Position numbers and translations under genes: made by a program
The notes under the pieces: model-generated
What the model saw: only the letters and a program-made list of their open reading frames with translations
Told to the model about the DNA's origin: nothing
Databases searched by the model: none
In this document: positions 8,840 to 18,632 of the stretch, piece after piece
How positions within the stretch are numbered: the first letter of the stretch is position 1
How the letters are laid out: every line of letters begins with the position of its first letter
Assembly: GCF_000253055.1 (NCBI RefSeq)
Contig: NC_016070.1
Location: forward strand, 930,001-962,000
Source of the DNA: Thermoproteus tenax Kra 1
GTDB taxonomy: Archaea; Thermoproteota; Thermoprotei; Thermoproteales; Thermoproteaceae
Direction of reading: 5' to 3'
DNA: 32,000 bases

Positions 8840-9784
8840 TCAGAGACGGGCGGCCACGGCTACAGTCACGCGGCCCCGCGCCCTCTTTCTATACAACAGC
8901 CGCCCCCCTCTTCCGGCCACTGCCAGAGCCGCCGGCTCTGCAACGCCCGGCACTCCCAGAGCTTCCACGGCTCTGGAAGGGGAAAGGCACTCATCGTTTT
9001 TCAGGTCCTCAAGTCTCAAGAGTATCCCCGGGACTCCCAGCGCGGCCGCGACCTCTGAGACGACCGGCCTTATCGACGCCACAGCTCTGACTTGGCTCAG
9101 GCTCGCCCCCATCTCCGATAAGGCGCCCAAGATGGCCTCCACAATCTCATGGGCCCCCGCGTCGGAGGTAGCGCCGAAGCCCACGAACAGATCGTAGGGC
9201 CTACAACAGACTGCGGCGCACTGTCCTCCGACATCGATAACTACATCGCACTGGTCCCCATACTGAGAATAGCCCCTCAAGGCGGCGGGCGGGTCCCTTC
9301 CCCTCACGCAGACTCGCCGTCCCTCTTTGAGCGCCTTGTTAACCAACAAGCGGGCGGCTGCGTCCATCCCGCACAGCATCACTCTCTCGAAAATCTCGGC
9401 GGGAGCAGCACCGGCGTCCTCCACTGCTGTAGTAATCACAGCCTCGGCGCCCAACAGCGGCGCGAGCTCCCGCGCGAGCTCGTTGGCGCCTCTGTGGGAT
9501 CCCAACAAGGGGACGATGTATCTGCCCCTCCTCTCTACGACGAGCACCGGCGGGTCCTCCTCTTTCCCCCTAAGGAGGGGGCAGACCAGTCTCACTACTC
9601 CTCCGATGGCTTCGACAAATATAATTGCGTCGTAACACCTCCACGCCATCTCCAGGGCATCGTTCCTGAATACATAGGCCGCGATACCCCTCCCGCGCAA
9701 GAGCTCCGCCAACTTAAGGGCTACTTCAGGCGGTTTGTCTCCGGCGTGCAATATGGCGATCCCCCTCCACGCGAGCTCTAACAT
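8840..9784 (-). CDS. cbiG: Cobalt-precorrin 5A hydrolase CbiG
   Basis: AIIFVEAIGGVVRLVCPLL, VVERRGRYIVPLLGSHRGANELARELA, VGFGATSDAGAHEIVEAI matching CbiG N- and C-terminal regions; inside a cbi cluster. Confidence 0.85.
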   Translation of the reverse strand: MLELAWRGIAILHAGDKPPEVALKLAELLRGRGIAAYVFRNDALEMAWRCYDAIIFVEAIGGVVRLVCPLLRGKEEDPPVLVVERRGRYIVPLLGSHRGANELARELAPLLGAEAVITTAVEDAGAAPAEIFERVMLCGMDAAARLLVNKALKEGRRVCVRGRDPPAALRGYSQYGDQCDVVIDVGGQCAAVCCRPYDLFVGFGATSDAGAHEIVEAILGALSEMGASLSQVRAVASIRPVVSEVAAALGVPGILLRLEDLKNDECLSPSRAVEALGVPGVAEPAALAVAGRGGRLLYRKRARGRVTVAVAARL

Positions 9785-10389
9785 TTAACGACGACGACCG
9801 AGAGGTCGGTGGCGTTCAAAAGATGTTCCCTCTCCTTCAGTTCGACGACCCTCTCGCCGGGGAGCGAGAGGCGCTCCATGAGCAATATCTTGCACTGGGA
9901 GAAACGCTTTAGCTCCTCCCAGAGCTCAGATCTGCCCTTGGCGTCAAGCGGCGGGAAGACCACGAGCGATCTGCCGGGCAGAGCTGCATCGCTCAAGCTC
10001 TGCGGCGAGCGCGCGTGTTGAGTGATGAAGACCACGTGGGCCATGTCGAGACCGGCCCTCGCGAGGGCCAAGTTGAGGGACGACACGCCGTTGATTACCT
10101 CGAAGGGGACCCCGAGCTCTCTCACTCTGTCCAACAGCTCCCAGTCTGAGACGGTGGGATCTCCATGTACGGCGATGCACACATCCCGCGACGCCGAGAG
10201 CTCCGCCAACTCCCTCAGCCTCTCCTCTTGGTTCCTGTAGGTGAGCTCCACGGCCTTCTCCTCGCTCAAGCCCAGCCTGAGCAACACTGAGCGCCAGCCC
10301 GCCACCCTCTCGCACCTCTCCAAGGCCTTAACCGCCTTCAAAGTTATAAGCTCGGGATCGCCTGGCCCGACTCCGACGATATACAACAT
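9778..10389 (-). CDS. cbiE: Cobalt-precorrin-7 (C5)-methyltransferase CbiE
   Basis: MLYIVGVGPGDPELITLKAVKAL, VAVHGDPTVSD-like HGDPTVSDWELL, VINGVSSLNLALARAG: tetrapyrrole methylase family, CbiE-like. Confidence 0.82.
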   Translation of the reverse strand: MLYIVGVGPGDPELITLKAVKALERCERVAGWRSVLLRLGLSEEKAVELTYRNQEERLRELAELSASRDVCIAVHGDPTVSDWELLDRVRELGVPFEVINGVSSLNLALARAGLDMAHVVFITQHARSPQSLSDAALPGRSLVVFPPLDAKGRSELWEELKRFSQCKILLMERLSLPGERVVELKEREHLLNATDLSVVVVKC

Positions 10390-10404
10390 ACTGCGCCTCA
10401 GCCC

Positions 10405-11202
10405 TCACTCCTTGTAGTACTCGGGGCTCGGGAAGACGCCCCTCTTGACTTCGTCCACGTATCTCCCCACGGCGTCCCTAATCGCCGAGGCTATATCGGC
10501 GTAGCGCTTGGCGAAGCTCGGAGGTCTCTGGGAGAGCCCAAGGACGTCGTGCAGCACCAGTATCTGGCCGTCGCAGTGCGGGCCGCCGCCGATACAGATC
10601 GTGGGTATCTTCACGGACTCAGTCACCCTCTTGGCGACGCCGGCTGGCACCGACTCTATGACCAACGCGAACGCGCCGGCCTCTTGTAGGGCCCTCGCGT
10701 CCTCCTCTATCTTTTTGGCTTGTTCCTCCGTCTTGCCGACAAGCTTGAACCCCCCTAGCGCGAGCACTCTCTGCGGGTTTAGCCCTATGTGCCCCATTAC
10801 CGGTATTCCGGCCTTGACCAACCGCTCAACTACATCGAAGATCTCTTGGCCTCCCTCGGGCTTGACAGCCTCTGCCCCGGCCCTCACCAGTTTGGCCGCG
10901 GCCCTCAAGGCATCCCTCGGCCCGGTCTCGTACGTCATAAAGGGCATGTCTGCTACCAACAGCGCCTTCGGCCTGGCTCTAGCCACTGCGGCCACGTGGA
11001 TCAACATGTCGGCCAGAGTGACCTTGAGCGTGTTCTCGTAGCCTAAGACCACCATGCCTAAAGAGTCGCCGACGAGTATGCCGTCGACGCCGGCCGCGTC
11101 CACCAACAGAGCGCTTGGGTAGTCGTACGCGGTCAACATGGCGATCTTCTCGCGGCCCTTCATATTGAGGAAGGTCTGGACCGTGATCTTTCTCCGTTCC
11201 AT
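10405..11202 (-). CDS. panB: 3-methyl-2-oxobutanoate hydroxymethyltransferase
   Basis: KITVQTFLNMKGREKIAMLTAYDYPSALLVDAAGVDGILVGDSLGMVVLGYENTL, GHIGLNPQRV, IGIGGGPHCDGQILV-like segment. ORF-track start at 11334 is probably too long; Met at 11202 begins MERRKITVQTF. Confidence 0.92.
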   Translation of the reverse strand: MERRKITVQTFLNMKGREKIAMLTAYDYPSALLVDAAGVDGILVGDSLGMVVLGYENTLKVTLADMLIHVAAVARARPKALLVADMPFMTYETGPRDALRAAAKLVRAGAEAVKPEGGQEIFDVVERLVKAGIPVMGHIGLNPQRVLALGGFKLVGKTEEQAKKIEEDARALQEAGAFALVIESVPAGVAKRVTESVKIPTICIGGGPHCDGQILVLHDVLGLSQRPPSFAKRYADIASAIRDAVGRYVDEVKRGVFPSPEYYKE

Positions 11203-11284
11203 ATGGCCGACGGCTGCGTTGCTTTTATCTTTAGCGCGGCGTCCATTTACAATAAAGTATATTAATGGGATAAAAGACCCATAT

Positions 11285-12226
11285 ATGGTCAAAGCTATAT
11301 TGGTGAACCACGGTTCGCGCCGCGGTGCATTCAACGAACTAATGACGGAGATTGCGCGGCAGCTCTCTGAGGATCTAGGGATAAGAGTCGAGGTCGGCTA
11401 CAACGAATACGCCGACCCCAACTGGAGGGAGCTCTTGGCTAAGTCGCAGGAGGACGTAATAGTTATCCTGGCCTTCCTAGGGCCTGGGAACCACGTATAC
11501 AGAGATATCTTGGGGGAGTTGGGGGTCGAGCCCGGCAAATGGGCTATGAGCAAATTCGGCAGAAGGATCTACGTCACGCCGCCCTTGGGGGACTCGCCTC
11601 TGGTCTATTCCGCTATCTTGGCAAGAGTCAGGCGGGCCTTGGGAGAAAGCGCACCAACTGTGGTGCAAGACCCCGACGAGATAGAGGAGGAGTCGATGGG
11701 TTTTGTGGCCAAGGCGCTTCGCTTGAATCTCGACGACTGGAGGGATAGGCTCAAGGCCAGAGCGGCCTACGCCTCGGGTAACCTCGAGATCGCCAAGATG
11801 GTTGAAGTGAAGGGGGAAGTGAAAAGGGCGGTGGAGGAGTGGACGAGCGCTGGGGGCCCCCTGGCGGCGGACGTCGCCATGGTCGCGGCCGGCCTGAGGT
11901 ACAACAATGTTGAGATTGCAGCGAAGACGCCCGTCGAGGTGAGGGGGACCACGCGGACGTACGCGGGGATGAAAAAGCTCTTGTCGGAGCTCGGATCCGC
12001 CGGCATCGTGGTGGGAAACGCGCCCACGGCCCTCGCGGCGGTTGTAGAGGAGTGTAGAGGCGGGAGGGAGATCCCGTTCATTGTGGCAGCCCCAGTGGGG
12101 TTCGCCAACGCCGCCTCGGTCAAGGAGGAGGCGCTCAGATGTAACTTGCCCTCGGTGGTCGTCAGAGGGACCTACGGAGGGTCCGGCGTGGCTGCGGCGT
12201 TGTTCAACGAGCTATTGAGGCCATGA
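11285..12226 (+). CDS. CbiX sirohydrochlorin cobaltochelatase fused to CbiC cobalt-precorrin-8 methylmutase
   Basis: N-terminal half: LVNHGSRRGAFNELM and GPGNHVYRDILGEL (CbiX metal-binding His motifs). C-terminal half: DPDEIEEESMGFVAKAL, VGNAPTALAAVVEE, FIVAAPVGFANAASVKEEAL, VRGTYGGSGVAAALFNELL (CbiC). Confidence 0.85.
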   Translation: MVKAILVNHGSRRGAFNELMTEIARQLSEDLGIRVEVGYNEYADPNWRELLAKSQEDVIVILAFLGPGNHVYRDILGELGVEPGKWAMSKFGRRIYVTPPLGDSPLVYSAILARVRRALGESAPTVVQDPDEIEEESMGFVAKALRLNLDDWRDRLKARAAYASGNLEIAKMVEVKGEVKRAVEEWTSAGGPLAADVAMVAAGLRYNNVEIAAKTPVEVRGTTRTYAGMKKLLSELGSAGIVVGNAPTALAAVVEECRGGREIPFIVAAPVGFANAASVKEEALRCNLPSVVVRGTYGGSGVAAALFNELLRP

Positions 12227-12960
12227 GCTTGAAGATAGTGGGCTTTGGCCCAGGAGATCCGCGCCTCCGCCCTCCGGCCGCGGCGCAAGCCATAAGAGAG
12301 GGCGATGTGATCGTGGGGTACGAGAGCTATCTGAGGCTTGTGGAGGATCTGCTGGAGGGGAAGGAGGTCGTCTCAGCCAAAATGAAGGAGGAAGTATACA
12401 GAGCGAGGGTCGCCGTGGAGATGGCGAGGGAGGGCAAGAGAGTAGTCGTCGTATCTGACGGGGATCCCCAGATATACGGCATGGCCCCCCTAGTCCTGGA
12501 GATGTTGAGCAAGTATAGTTGGAGGCCGGGGGTCTTGGAGGTAGTGCCAGGTATAACGGCCGCCTTGGCCGCCGGCGCGAGGTTGGGCGCCCCTCTGGGC
12601 TCAGACGCGGCGTTCATAAGCTTGAGCCCGTTGCTTTTGCCGAAGGAGTTGATATTGAGGAGGATTGAGGCAGCGCTCTCGGGAGATTTCGTGCTAGCCC
12701 TCTACAACCCCATAGACAAGGCGTTGCTCAGAGAGGCCTTGGCCCTAGTAGTGAGGTGGAGGGGGCCGTCTGCGCCGGTAGGGATAGTCAAGGATGCGTA
12801 CAGGCCAGGCGAGAGGACCTTCTTGGCCCGCGCCTCTGAGGTGCCCCTCGACGAAGTGGACATGAGGACTATACTGATAGTGGGGAACTCCGAGACCTAC
12901 GTGTGGGACGGTCTGATGATAACGCCTAGAGGCTACCACAGGAAGTATGCTTACCCTTAA
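12223..12960 (+). CDS. cbiH: Cobalt-precorrin-3B C17-methyltransferase CbiH
   Basis: IVGFGPGDPRLRPPAAAQAI, VGYESYLRLVEDLL, VVVVSDGDPQIYGMAPLVLEM, VPGITAALAAGARLGAPLG. Confidence 0.87.
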   Translation: MSLKIVGFGPGDPRLRPPAAAQAIREGDVIVGYESYLRLVEDLLEGKEVVSAKMKEEVYRARVAVEMAREGKRVVVVSDGDPQIYGMAPLVLEMLSKYSWRPGVLEVVPGITAALAAGARLGAPLGSDAAFISLSPLLLPKELILRRIEAALSGDFVLALYNPIDKALLREALALVVRWRGPSAPVGIVKDAYRPGERTFLARASEVPLDEVDMRTILIVGNSETYVWDGLMITPRGYHRKYAYP

Positions 12961-13972
12961 ACGCTTTGGGATAACCACGGGCGCCGCTGCGGCGGCCGCC
13001 GCTAAAGCAGCCGCATTGTATGCGAGGAGGATAGAGGCCAAGGCCGTGGTAGTGCCCACGCCGATAGGTCTCAGGCTGGAGGTCTCTGTGGAGAGACAGT
13101 ACCGGGAAGGAGAGTGGAGCTGCGCCGAGGTGAGGAAGTTCTCGGGGGATAACCCAGACGTTCTCGACGGAGCTGTGATAAAAGCGTGTTTTACGCCTGG
13201 CGAAGCCCCCCTCAGGATAATAGGTGGAAGGGGCGTGGGCATAGCGACAAGGCCCGGCCTGCCGGTGCCCCCCGGCGAGTTCGCCATAAATCCGGTGCCC
13301 AGAGCCATGATAGCGGAGGCTGTCGCCGAGGCCGGCTACAGAGGGGGGACCGTCGTCATCGAGGTTCCCGACGGGGAGAGGTTGGCGGAGCTCACCATGA
13401 ACAAGGACGTCGGCGTGGTCGGAGGGATCTCAATATTGGGCACTACGGGGCTCGAAATGCCGGTGAGCGACGAGGATTATGTACGCCACGTGGAGGCCGA
13501 GTTGAAGTACGTGAGGACCGCGTCGGAGGTTGTAGTCGTAGCCTCAGGCAACAGAGCTGTGGAGTTCTCGAGGGCCCGCTGGGGAGATATCGTGGTGAAA
13601 GTGGGCGACCTAATCGGCGAGGCTGTCCGCATGGCGGCGGAGATGGGGTTCTCAGAGATTATTGTGGCAGGGCTCCCCGCCAAGTTGGCCAAGGTCGCCG
13701 CAGGCGCCTTAAACACCCACAGCAGGCTGTGCGACGCAAGGGTGGAGGCAGTGGCGCACGCAGCGGTCTTGGCCGGCGTTCCGCCCGAGGTAGTAAGGGC
13801 GGCCGCCGAGTCGTCTAGCGTGGGCGAGGCGCTCGTGAGGCTTGATCGCTTCAGAGGCCGAGTTCTCGAGGTATTGGCCAGGAGAGCCAAAGAGAGGCTG
13901 TCCAAATACGCCGGGCGCGAGGTTAAAGTCGTAATATTCTACGACAACGGGGAGATCGCGGCGCAGACATGA
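12947..13972 (+). CDS. cbiD: Cobalt-precorrin-5B C1-methyltransferase CbiD
   Basis: RFGITTGAAAAAAAKAA, GGRGVGIATRPGLPVPPGEFAINPVPR, GGISILGTTGLEMPVSDE. Confidence 0.93.
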   Translation: MLTLKRFGITTGAAAAAAAKAAALYARRIEAKAVVVPTPIGLRLEVSVERQYREGEWSCAEVRKFSGDNPDVLDGAVIKACFTPGEAPLRIIGGRGVGIATRPGLPVPPGEFAINPVPRAMIAEAVAEAGYRGGTVVIEVPDGERLAELTMNKDVGVVGGISILGTTGLEMPVSDEDYVRHVEAELKYVRTASEVVVVASGNRAVEFSRARWGDIVVKVGDLIGEAVRMAAEMGFSEIIVAGLPAKLAKVAAGALNTHSRLCDARVEAVAHAAVLAGVPPEVVRAAAESSSVGEALVRLDRFRGRVLEVLARRAKERLSKYAGREVKVVIFYDNGEIAAQT

Positions 13973-14538
13973 GGAGGGCCCCCGGGATACCCGACGAGGA
14001 GTTCATCAGAGAGGAGGGGATACCGATGACCAAGGCCGAGGTGAGGGCCATAGCTCTCTCCAAGCTCGGAGTGAGCGACGGGGACTACGTATTGGACATC
14101 GGCTGCGGCACTGGCTCAGTCGCAGTGGAGTCAGCCATCCTCGGCGCAAGAGTCTTGGCGATAGATAAAAACCCGCGCGCCGTGGAGCTGACTCTGAAAA
14201 ACGCGAGGAAGTTCGGAGTAGTCGATAGAGTCAGGGCAGAGGTCGGGGAGGCCCCAGAGGCCCTGGGCCGATTCAGCGCCGGCTTCGACGCAGTGTTCGT
14301 AGGAGGGGGAGGCTCGCGTATAGCTCAGATAGTCGAGGCAGCGATCTCCTTGTTGAAGGGCGGCGGCAGACTGGTCGCCGACGTGGCCACCCTGGAGACT
14401 CTGTCGGCTCTGGCGCCTGTGTTACAGAAGTTCAAACACGAGGTCGTGTTGGTGCAGATAGCTAGGTCGCGCAAGGCCGGAGAGTACACGATATTGTCGC
14501 CCCTAAATCCCGTCTATGTGGTAGCCATATGGCCTTGA
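13969..14538 (+). CDS. cbiT: Cobalt-precorrin-6B C15-methyltransferase CbiT
   Basis: GIPDEEFIREEGIPMTKAEVRAIALSKLGVSDGDYVLDIGCGTGSVAVESA; SAM-binding motif and CbiT N-terminal signature. Confidence 0.92.
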   Translation: MRRAPGIPDEEFIREEGIPMTKAEVRAIALSKLGVSDGDYVLDIGCGTGSVAVESAILGARVLAIDKNPRAVELTLKNARKFGVVDRVRAEVGEAPEALGRFSAGFDAVFVGGGGSRIAQIVEAAISLLKGGGRLVADVATLETLSALAPVLQKFKHEVVLVQIARSRKAGEYTILSPLNPVYVVAIWP

Positions 14539-15155
14539 GAGTAGTGGGCCTGGGGCCTGGCCATCCAAAGCTGTTGACGTTGATGGCCGTAGAGGCCTTG
14601 AGGGAGGCCGAGGTCATCTATGTGCCGGCCTCCTCGAGCTCCGAGGTCAGCCTCGCCGAATCGTTGGTGAGACCCTACACAAGGGCCGAGGTCAGAGTGC
14701 TTAAGTTCAAAATGGGCGGGACAGACGAGGAGACCCTCAAGAGATACGGAAAGGAGATCTCTGGGGTGGAGAACGCCGTATATGCGCTGTTGGGGGACCC
14801 GGCCTTTTACGGATCCTTCGCAAGGCTGAGGCCCTACGTTGAGAGGCCCGTCCAGTACGTCCCCGGAGTGACCTCAATTACTGCATGCGCCGCCCGGGCG
14901 GGCATCGACCTCGCCGTAGGCGATCAAGCTGTCGCGATAGTGCCTGCGACGAGGCCGGATCTGCTCGAGAGAGCTATAGAGCTCTTCGACACCGTCGTGG
15001 TAGTGAAGGCGAATAAAAATAGGGCTTTGTTGAACAGGCTCATGGAGCAGGGCGGCTTGGCCGTGAGGAGGTGCTACATGGAGGGGGAGCAAATATCCCA
15101 GAGGATCTATTGGGACGACTACTTCACTGTGGTCTACATATGGCGGGGAAGGTAG
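14529..15155 (+). CDS. cbiL: Cobalt-precorrin-2 C20-methyltransferase CbiL
   Basis: VVGLGPGHPKLLTLMAVEALREAEVIYVPASS, LLGDPAFYGSFARL, VPGVTSITACAARAGIDLA. Confidence 0.85.
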   Translation: MALRVVGLGPGHPKLLTLMAVEALREAEVIYVPASSSSEVSLAESLVRPYTRAEVRVLKFKMGGTDEETLKRYGKEISGVENAVYALLGDPAFYGSFARLRPYVERPVQYVPGVTSITACAARAGIDLAVGDQAVAIVPATRPDLLERAIELFDTVVVVKANKNRALLNRLMEQGGLAVRRCYMEGEQISQRIYWDDYFTVVYIWRGR

Positions 15156-15916
15156 TCTTCGTGGGAGCCGGTCCCGGCGACCCGGAGCTGATAACTGTCA
15201 AGGGCATGAGGTACCTCCAGCAAGCCGACGTGGTGGTCTACGCCGGCTCGTTGGTGAACCCAGAGCTCTTGAAGTACGCGAAGCCCAATGCCAAGATCTA
15301 CGACAGCGCCAGCTTGACCACCGAGGAGATCGTGGATATTCTAGTGAGGGAGGCATCCCAGGGCAAACTCGTCGTGAGGCTCAAGTCGGGCGACGGAGGA
15401 GTATACGGCGCGCTGTGGGAGGAGATCTTGCCTCTGCAAGCGCTAGGCATAGAGTTCGAGATAGTCCCGGGCATAACGGCGGCGTTGGCTGCAGCGGCAG
15501 TCATGAACATAGAGCTCACTGTCCCCAAGCTCATCCAGACAGTGGTAATAACTAGGGCCTCCGCGCGCGTTGAGATGAGAGGGTCGCTCAAAGAGGCGGC
15601 GAAGTTCGCTGCGACGAACGGAGCAGTGTTGGCCATATACACAGGCGTACACGTGATAGATAAAGTAGTGAAGGAGTTGGTGGATGGAGGACTCCCGCCG
15701 GATACTCCAGCGGCTGTGGTCTACAAGGCCACTTGGCCCGACCAGAAGGTCGTCAGAGGCACTCTATCCGACATCGCCCGTAAGGTGAGGGAGGAGAGGA
15801 TAACGAGGGATGCAGTTATCCTTGTGGGGGAGTCCGTCGCCCCGAGGGAGGTGCCGAGAAGTTCCGTCTACGACCCAAGACATACGCATAGCTATAGGCC
15901 TCACAAGAAAGAGTGA
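15140..15916 (+). CDS. cbiF: Cobalt-precorrin-4 C11-methyltransferase CbiF
   Basis: VVFVGAGPGDPELITVKGMRYLQQADVVVYAGSLVNPELL, VVRLKSGDGGVYGALWEE. Met at 15140 (MAGKVVFVG) preferred over the track start at 15071. Confidence 0.9.
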   Translation: MAGKVVFVGAGPGDPELITVKGMRYLQQADVVVYAGSLVNPELLKYAKPNAKIYDSASLTTEEIVDILVREASQGKLVVRLKSGDGGVYGALWEEILPLQALGIEFEIVPGITAALAAAAVMNIELTVPKLIQTVVITRASARVEMRGSLKEAAKFAATNGAVLAIYTGVHVIDKVVKELVDGGLPPDTPAAVVYKATWPDQKVVRGTLSDIARKVREERITRDAVILVGESVAPREVPRSSVYDPRHTHSYRPHKKE

Positions 15917-16274
15917 GATTTATAACATTTATTTAATTAATGTATTTTATCTATTTTCTGATATATTTAGCACTTTTATAATAGGATATTTAATAAATTT
16001 TTAAAATTGTTTGGTCTTTACACATCGGCCTGGGATCTATTACCTCTGGCACATATTATAGATTTGTAAAGCTATAATCCCAACGATTCTTTCATCTCCA
16101 AAGGGAAATTATCCCACGTCATTCCCTGAGTCCGGCCACCGCCGGTATTTCTGCCCGGCCCTCCAGTGCCTCATCGCATCTTTCTAACTGAAGATGTTCC
16201 GCGCCGTAGTCCTCGCGGTCTGACCCCCCGACTTGAAGGACAGGGCCCTTGGTTGTAAGACAAAAAGTGTCGCG

Positions 16275-17519
16275 TTAAATCCAGCCCCTCGCCTTCATCG
16301 CCTTGTATACCCTCTCCACGGCTATCACCAGCGCCGCGTCCCTCATAGTCCAGCCCTTCTCTTGGATCCATCTGTTGTAGACGCGGCGGAAATTCTCCGT
16401 CATTATCCTCTCGAGCCTCCTCCTCGTCTCCTCCTCGTCCCAGAAGGTCCACGACAGATTCTCGACCCACTCCAGATAGGACATGACCACGCCCCCTGCG
16501 TTGGCCAATATGTCTGGGACAACGACGGCGCCCCTTCTGTAGAGCTCCGCCTCAGCCTCGGGAGTGGTCGGGCCGTTGGCCCCCTCGACTATCACCTTGG
16601 CCTTCACCCTTCCGACGTTCTCCTCAGTGATGACGTTCTCTATCGCCGCAGGCACTAGGATGTCAACATCGGCGTAGAGGGGCATGTTGGGATCCGGAGA
16701 GAACTCGCCCGGCAGATCCCTCAGAGCCTTCTCGCGCCTGTACACCTTAAGCACTTCGTTGGCCGGTATGCCTGCCTTATTGAAGACGCCGCCCTTGCTC
16801 GCCGAGACAGCTACTACCTTGGCGCCCATCTCCTCTAGCCAGTAGACGGCCCATGCGCCGACGTTGCCCGTCCCTTGCACTGCCACAGTCCTCCCCTCTA
16901 TTCCTCCCCATATAGCTTTGGCCATCTCCCTCGCTGCTATCGCCACGCCGAGCCCGGTCGAGTACTCCCTCACAGGGTTGCCCCAGAGCTCGGGCGGCTT
17001 GGCCGTGAAGGCCCCGGGCACGTTGTAGCCCTTGATCTTGGACAGCTCGTCCACCATCCACGCCATTATCTGCGAGTTGGTCCCGACGTCGGGCGCAGGT
17101 ATGTCCACCACGTCGCCTATGAGCGGCGCCACGGCCCTCGCGTAGCCCCGGCTGAGCTCCTCGAGCTCCCTCTGGGACAGCCTCTTGGGGTCGACCCTAA
17201 CGGCGCCTTTGGCTCCGCCGTAGGGTATGCCGGCCAGGCTGTTCTTGAGGGTCATGAGGGTGGCCAGGGCTATGTCGTCGGCGAGGGTCACCTCGGGGTG
17301 GAACCTTATGCCGCCCTTGTAGGGGCCGAGCGCGTCGTTGTGTTGGACGCGGTAGCCCTCGAAGACCTCTATGTGTCCATCGTCCATTCTAACGGGGATA
17401 GATACTTGAAGTATCCTCTTGGGCTTAGATAGATAGGCGTATAGCTCGGGAGGGGCATTGAGAAGGTCGACGGCCCTCTTCAAAGTAGTCAGAACATTTT
17501 GGAGGAACGCGTTGCTCAT
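16275..17519 (-). CDS. gdhA: Glutamate dehydrogenase
   Basis: [76 protein letters not shown]; TATA-like element about 25 nt upstream. Confidence 0.95.
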   Translation of the reverse strand: MSNAFLQNVLTTLKRAVDLLNAPPELYAYLSKPKRILQVSIPVRMDDGHIEVFEGYRVQHNDALGPYKGGIRFHPEVTLADDIALATLMTLKNSLAGIPYGGAKGAVRVDPKRLSQRELEELSRGYARAVAPLIGDVVDIPAPDVGTNSQIMAWMVDELSKIKGYNVPGAFTAKPPELWGNPVREYSTGLGVAIAAREMAKAIWGGIEGRTVAVQGTGNVGAWAVYWLEEMGAKVVAVSASKGGVFNKAGIPANEVLKVYRREKALRDLPGEFSPDPNMPLYADVDILVPAAIENVITEENVGRVKAKVIVEGANGPTTPEAEAELYRRGAVVVPDILANAGGVVMSYLEWVENLSWTFWDEEETRRRLERIMTENFRRVYNRWIQEKGWTMRDAALVIAVERVYKAMKARGWI

Positions 17520-17938
17520 ATTTTGCTATTTTTTCTATACTTTTAAAAATATTGCTTAATAGACTATATATTTAGTGAAGAAAAATCAGACAAGCTATAT
17601 ATACAATGACATTAATATAATGTTCATTAGAATATTTAAATATTTTCAGTAATATAGTAATGTATTATAAGAAAAAGATTCTGAATAGTTGCCGATCAAA
17701 AACTTATGAAAACGAATATAGATTGGCTCACAGCGCAGCTATAGCGCAGGCCATCATCGATAGAGACTCTCGGCGTAGACAGAGCAACACTAATCAAGGG
17801 CATCACGATGAGGGCCGAGTATTTCCACTGGAAGGGGCAGAAGTCATTATATCAAAGCGTTAGGGACGTCAGAAGGAACCTAGGGCTCCATGTCAGCGCT
17901 GACACCGCCTCTACCTAAAGGCGCTCTGGAATATGATA

Positions 17939-18155
17939 GAGGCAGAGACATTATCGAAATACTGCAGCTAGGGGGCGCGGCAGAGTCCACCGGCCTCTAC
18001 GTCTGCAGAAAGCTCGGCGTCGCTCTGAATGCCGACGTGAACGCCGCGAGAAACATCGCCGCGAGGGTCGGCCACAAGACGCCGGTGTCGAAAAAGATAG
18101 AGGCGTACCGCCCGGCGTCGGGCGGATTAAAGCCCCCGCAGTGCGGCCCCCGCCC
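17939..18155 (+). pseudogene. Fragment resembling the C-terminus of an OrfB/TnpB-type transposon protein
   Basis: In the 17890..18228 ORF: GLYVCRKLGVALNADVNAARNIAARVGHKTPVSKKIEAYRPASGG; the C-terminal zinc-finger/DVNAARNI segment of TnpB with a Cys replaced (CRKL instead of CRKCG) and no intact upstream domain. Boundaries approximate. Confidence 0.6.
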
Positions 18156-18245
18156 TTTAGGGCGGAGAGCGCGGTCATCTTCAGCATCCTATGTGCATGT
18201 ACGATCATTTCTACTCCCAGCTAGTTAGCTTTGTCAGCCTCTCTC

Positions 18246-18632
18246 TTAAAGTGAATTTTGTATATAATCCTCGGCCTTTATGAAGTTGGTCCCTCCCCTT
18301 TTAAGCGCTGAAAATAGCGAGGGCGTAAAGAAATGGATTTCCAACGGTAACCAGAAGGGCAAGCCCTTGCCCTCAAGCCCTCTCATGATTTCTCTTACAA
18401 TTTCTCTTCTCTCTTCCGGAACTTTTTCAACAAGTATTGCAACATCTATATCACTTGAAGCAGTGTACCTCCCCTCAATGATCGACCCAAAAAAGTACAC
18501 CTCCCCTCTTACGTTGTATTTCTCTAGGGCTTGTTTGACCGCATTGTAAATCAAAACTGAGATGCGCGGGAAATCTGATAACAGCCTCATCTTTTCCCTA
18601 ACGAATTCAATATAGGCATCTAGCCCGCTCAT
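18246..18632 (-). CDS. MNT-type minimal nucleotidyltransferase domain protein
   Basis: VYFFGSIIEGRYTASSDIDVAILVEKVPEERR: GS-x(n)-SDIDV catalytic signature of the MNT family. Confidence 0.8.
   Translation of the reverse strand: MSGLDAYIEFVREKMRLLSDFPRISVLIYNAVKQALEKYNVRGEVYFFGSIIEGRYTASSDIDVAILVEKVPEERREIVREIMRGLEGKGLPFWLPLEIHFFTPSLFSALKRGGTNFIKAEDYIQNSL

Noticed and set aside
8774-9090. Plus-strand ORFs antisense to the 3' end of cbiG
   Set aside because: GC-rich antisense frames of a well-supported cbiG; low-complexity Pro/Arg/Ser-rich translations.
9149-9781. 210-aa plus-strand ORF
   Set aside because: Fully antisense to cbiG; no recognisable domain.
11203-11334. N-terminal extension of panB in the ORF track
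   Set aside because: PanB homologues begin close to ITVQTF; the extension crosses the divergent promoter and the start of the cbiX-cbiC gene.
13186-13818. 210-aa plus-strand ORF
   Set aside because: Out-of-frame reading of cbiD, rich in Arg/Gly; cbiD is clearly the coding frame.
15917-16270. AT-rich intergenic region considered for a CRISPR array or att site
   Set aside because: No regularly spaced direct repeats and no tRNA fragment seen; it looks like ordinary AT-rich spacer DNA.
16875-17432. 185-aa plus-strand ORF
   Set aside because: Antisense to glutamate dehydrogenase.
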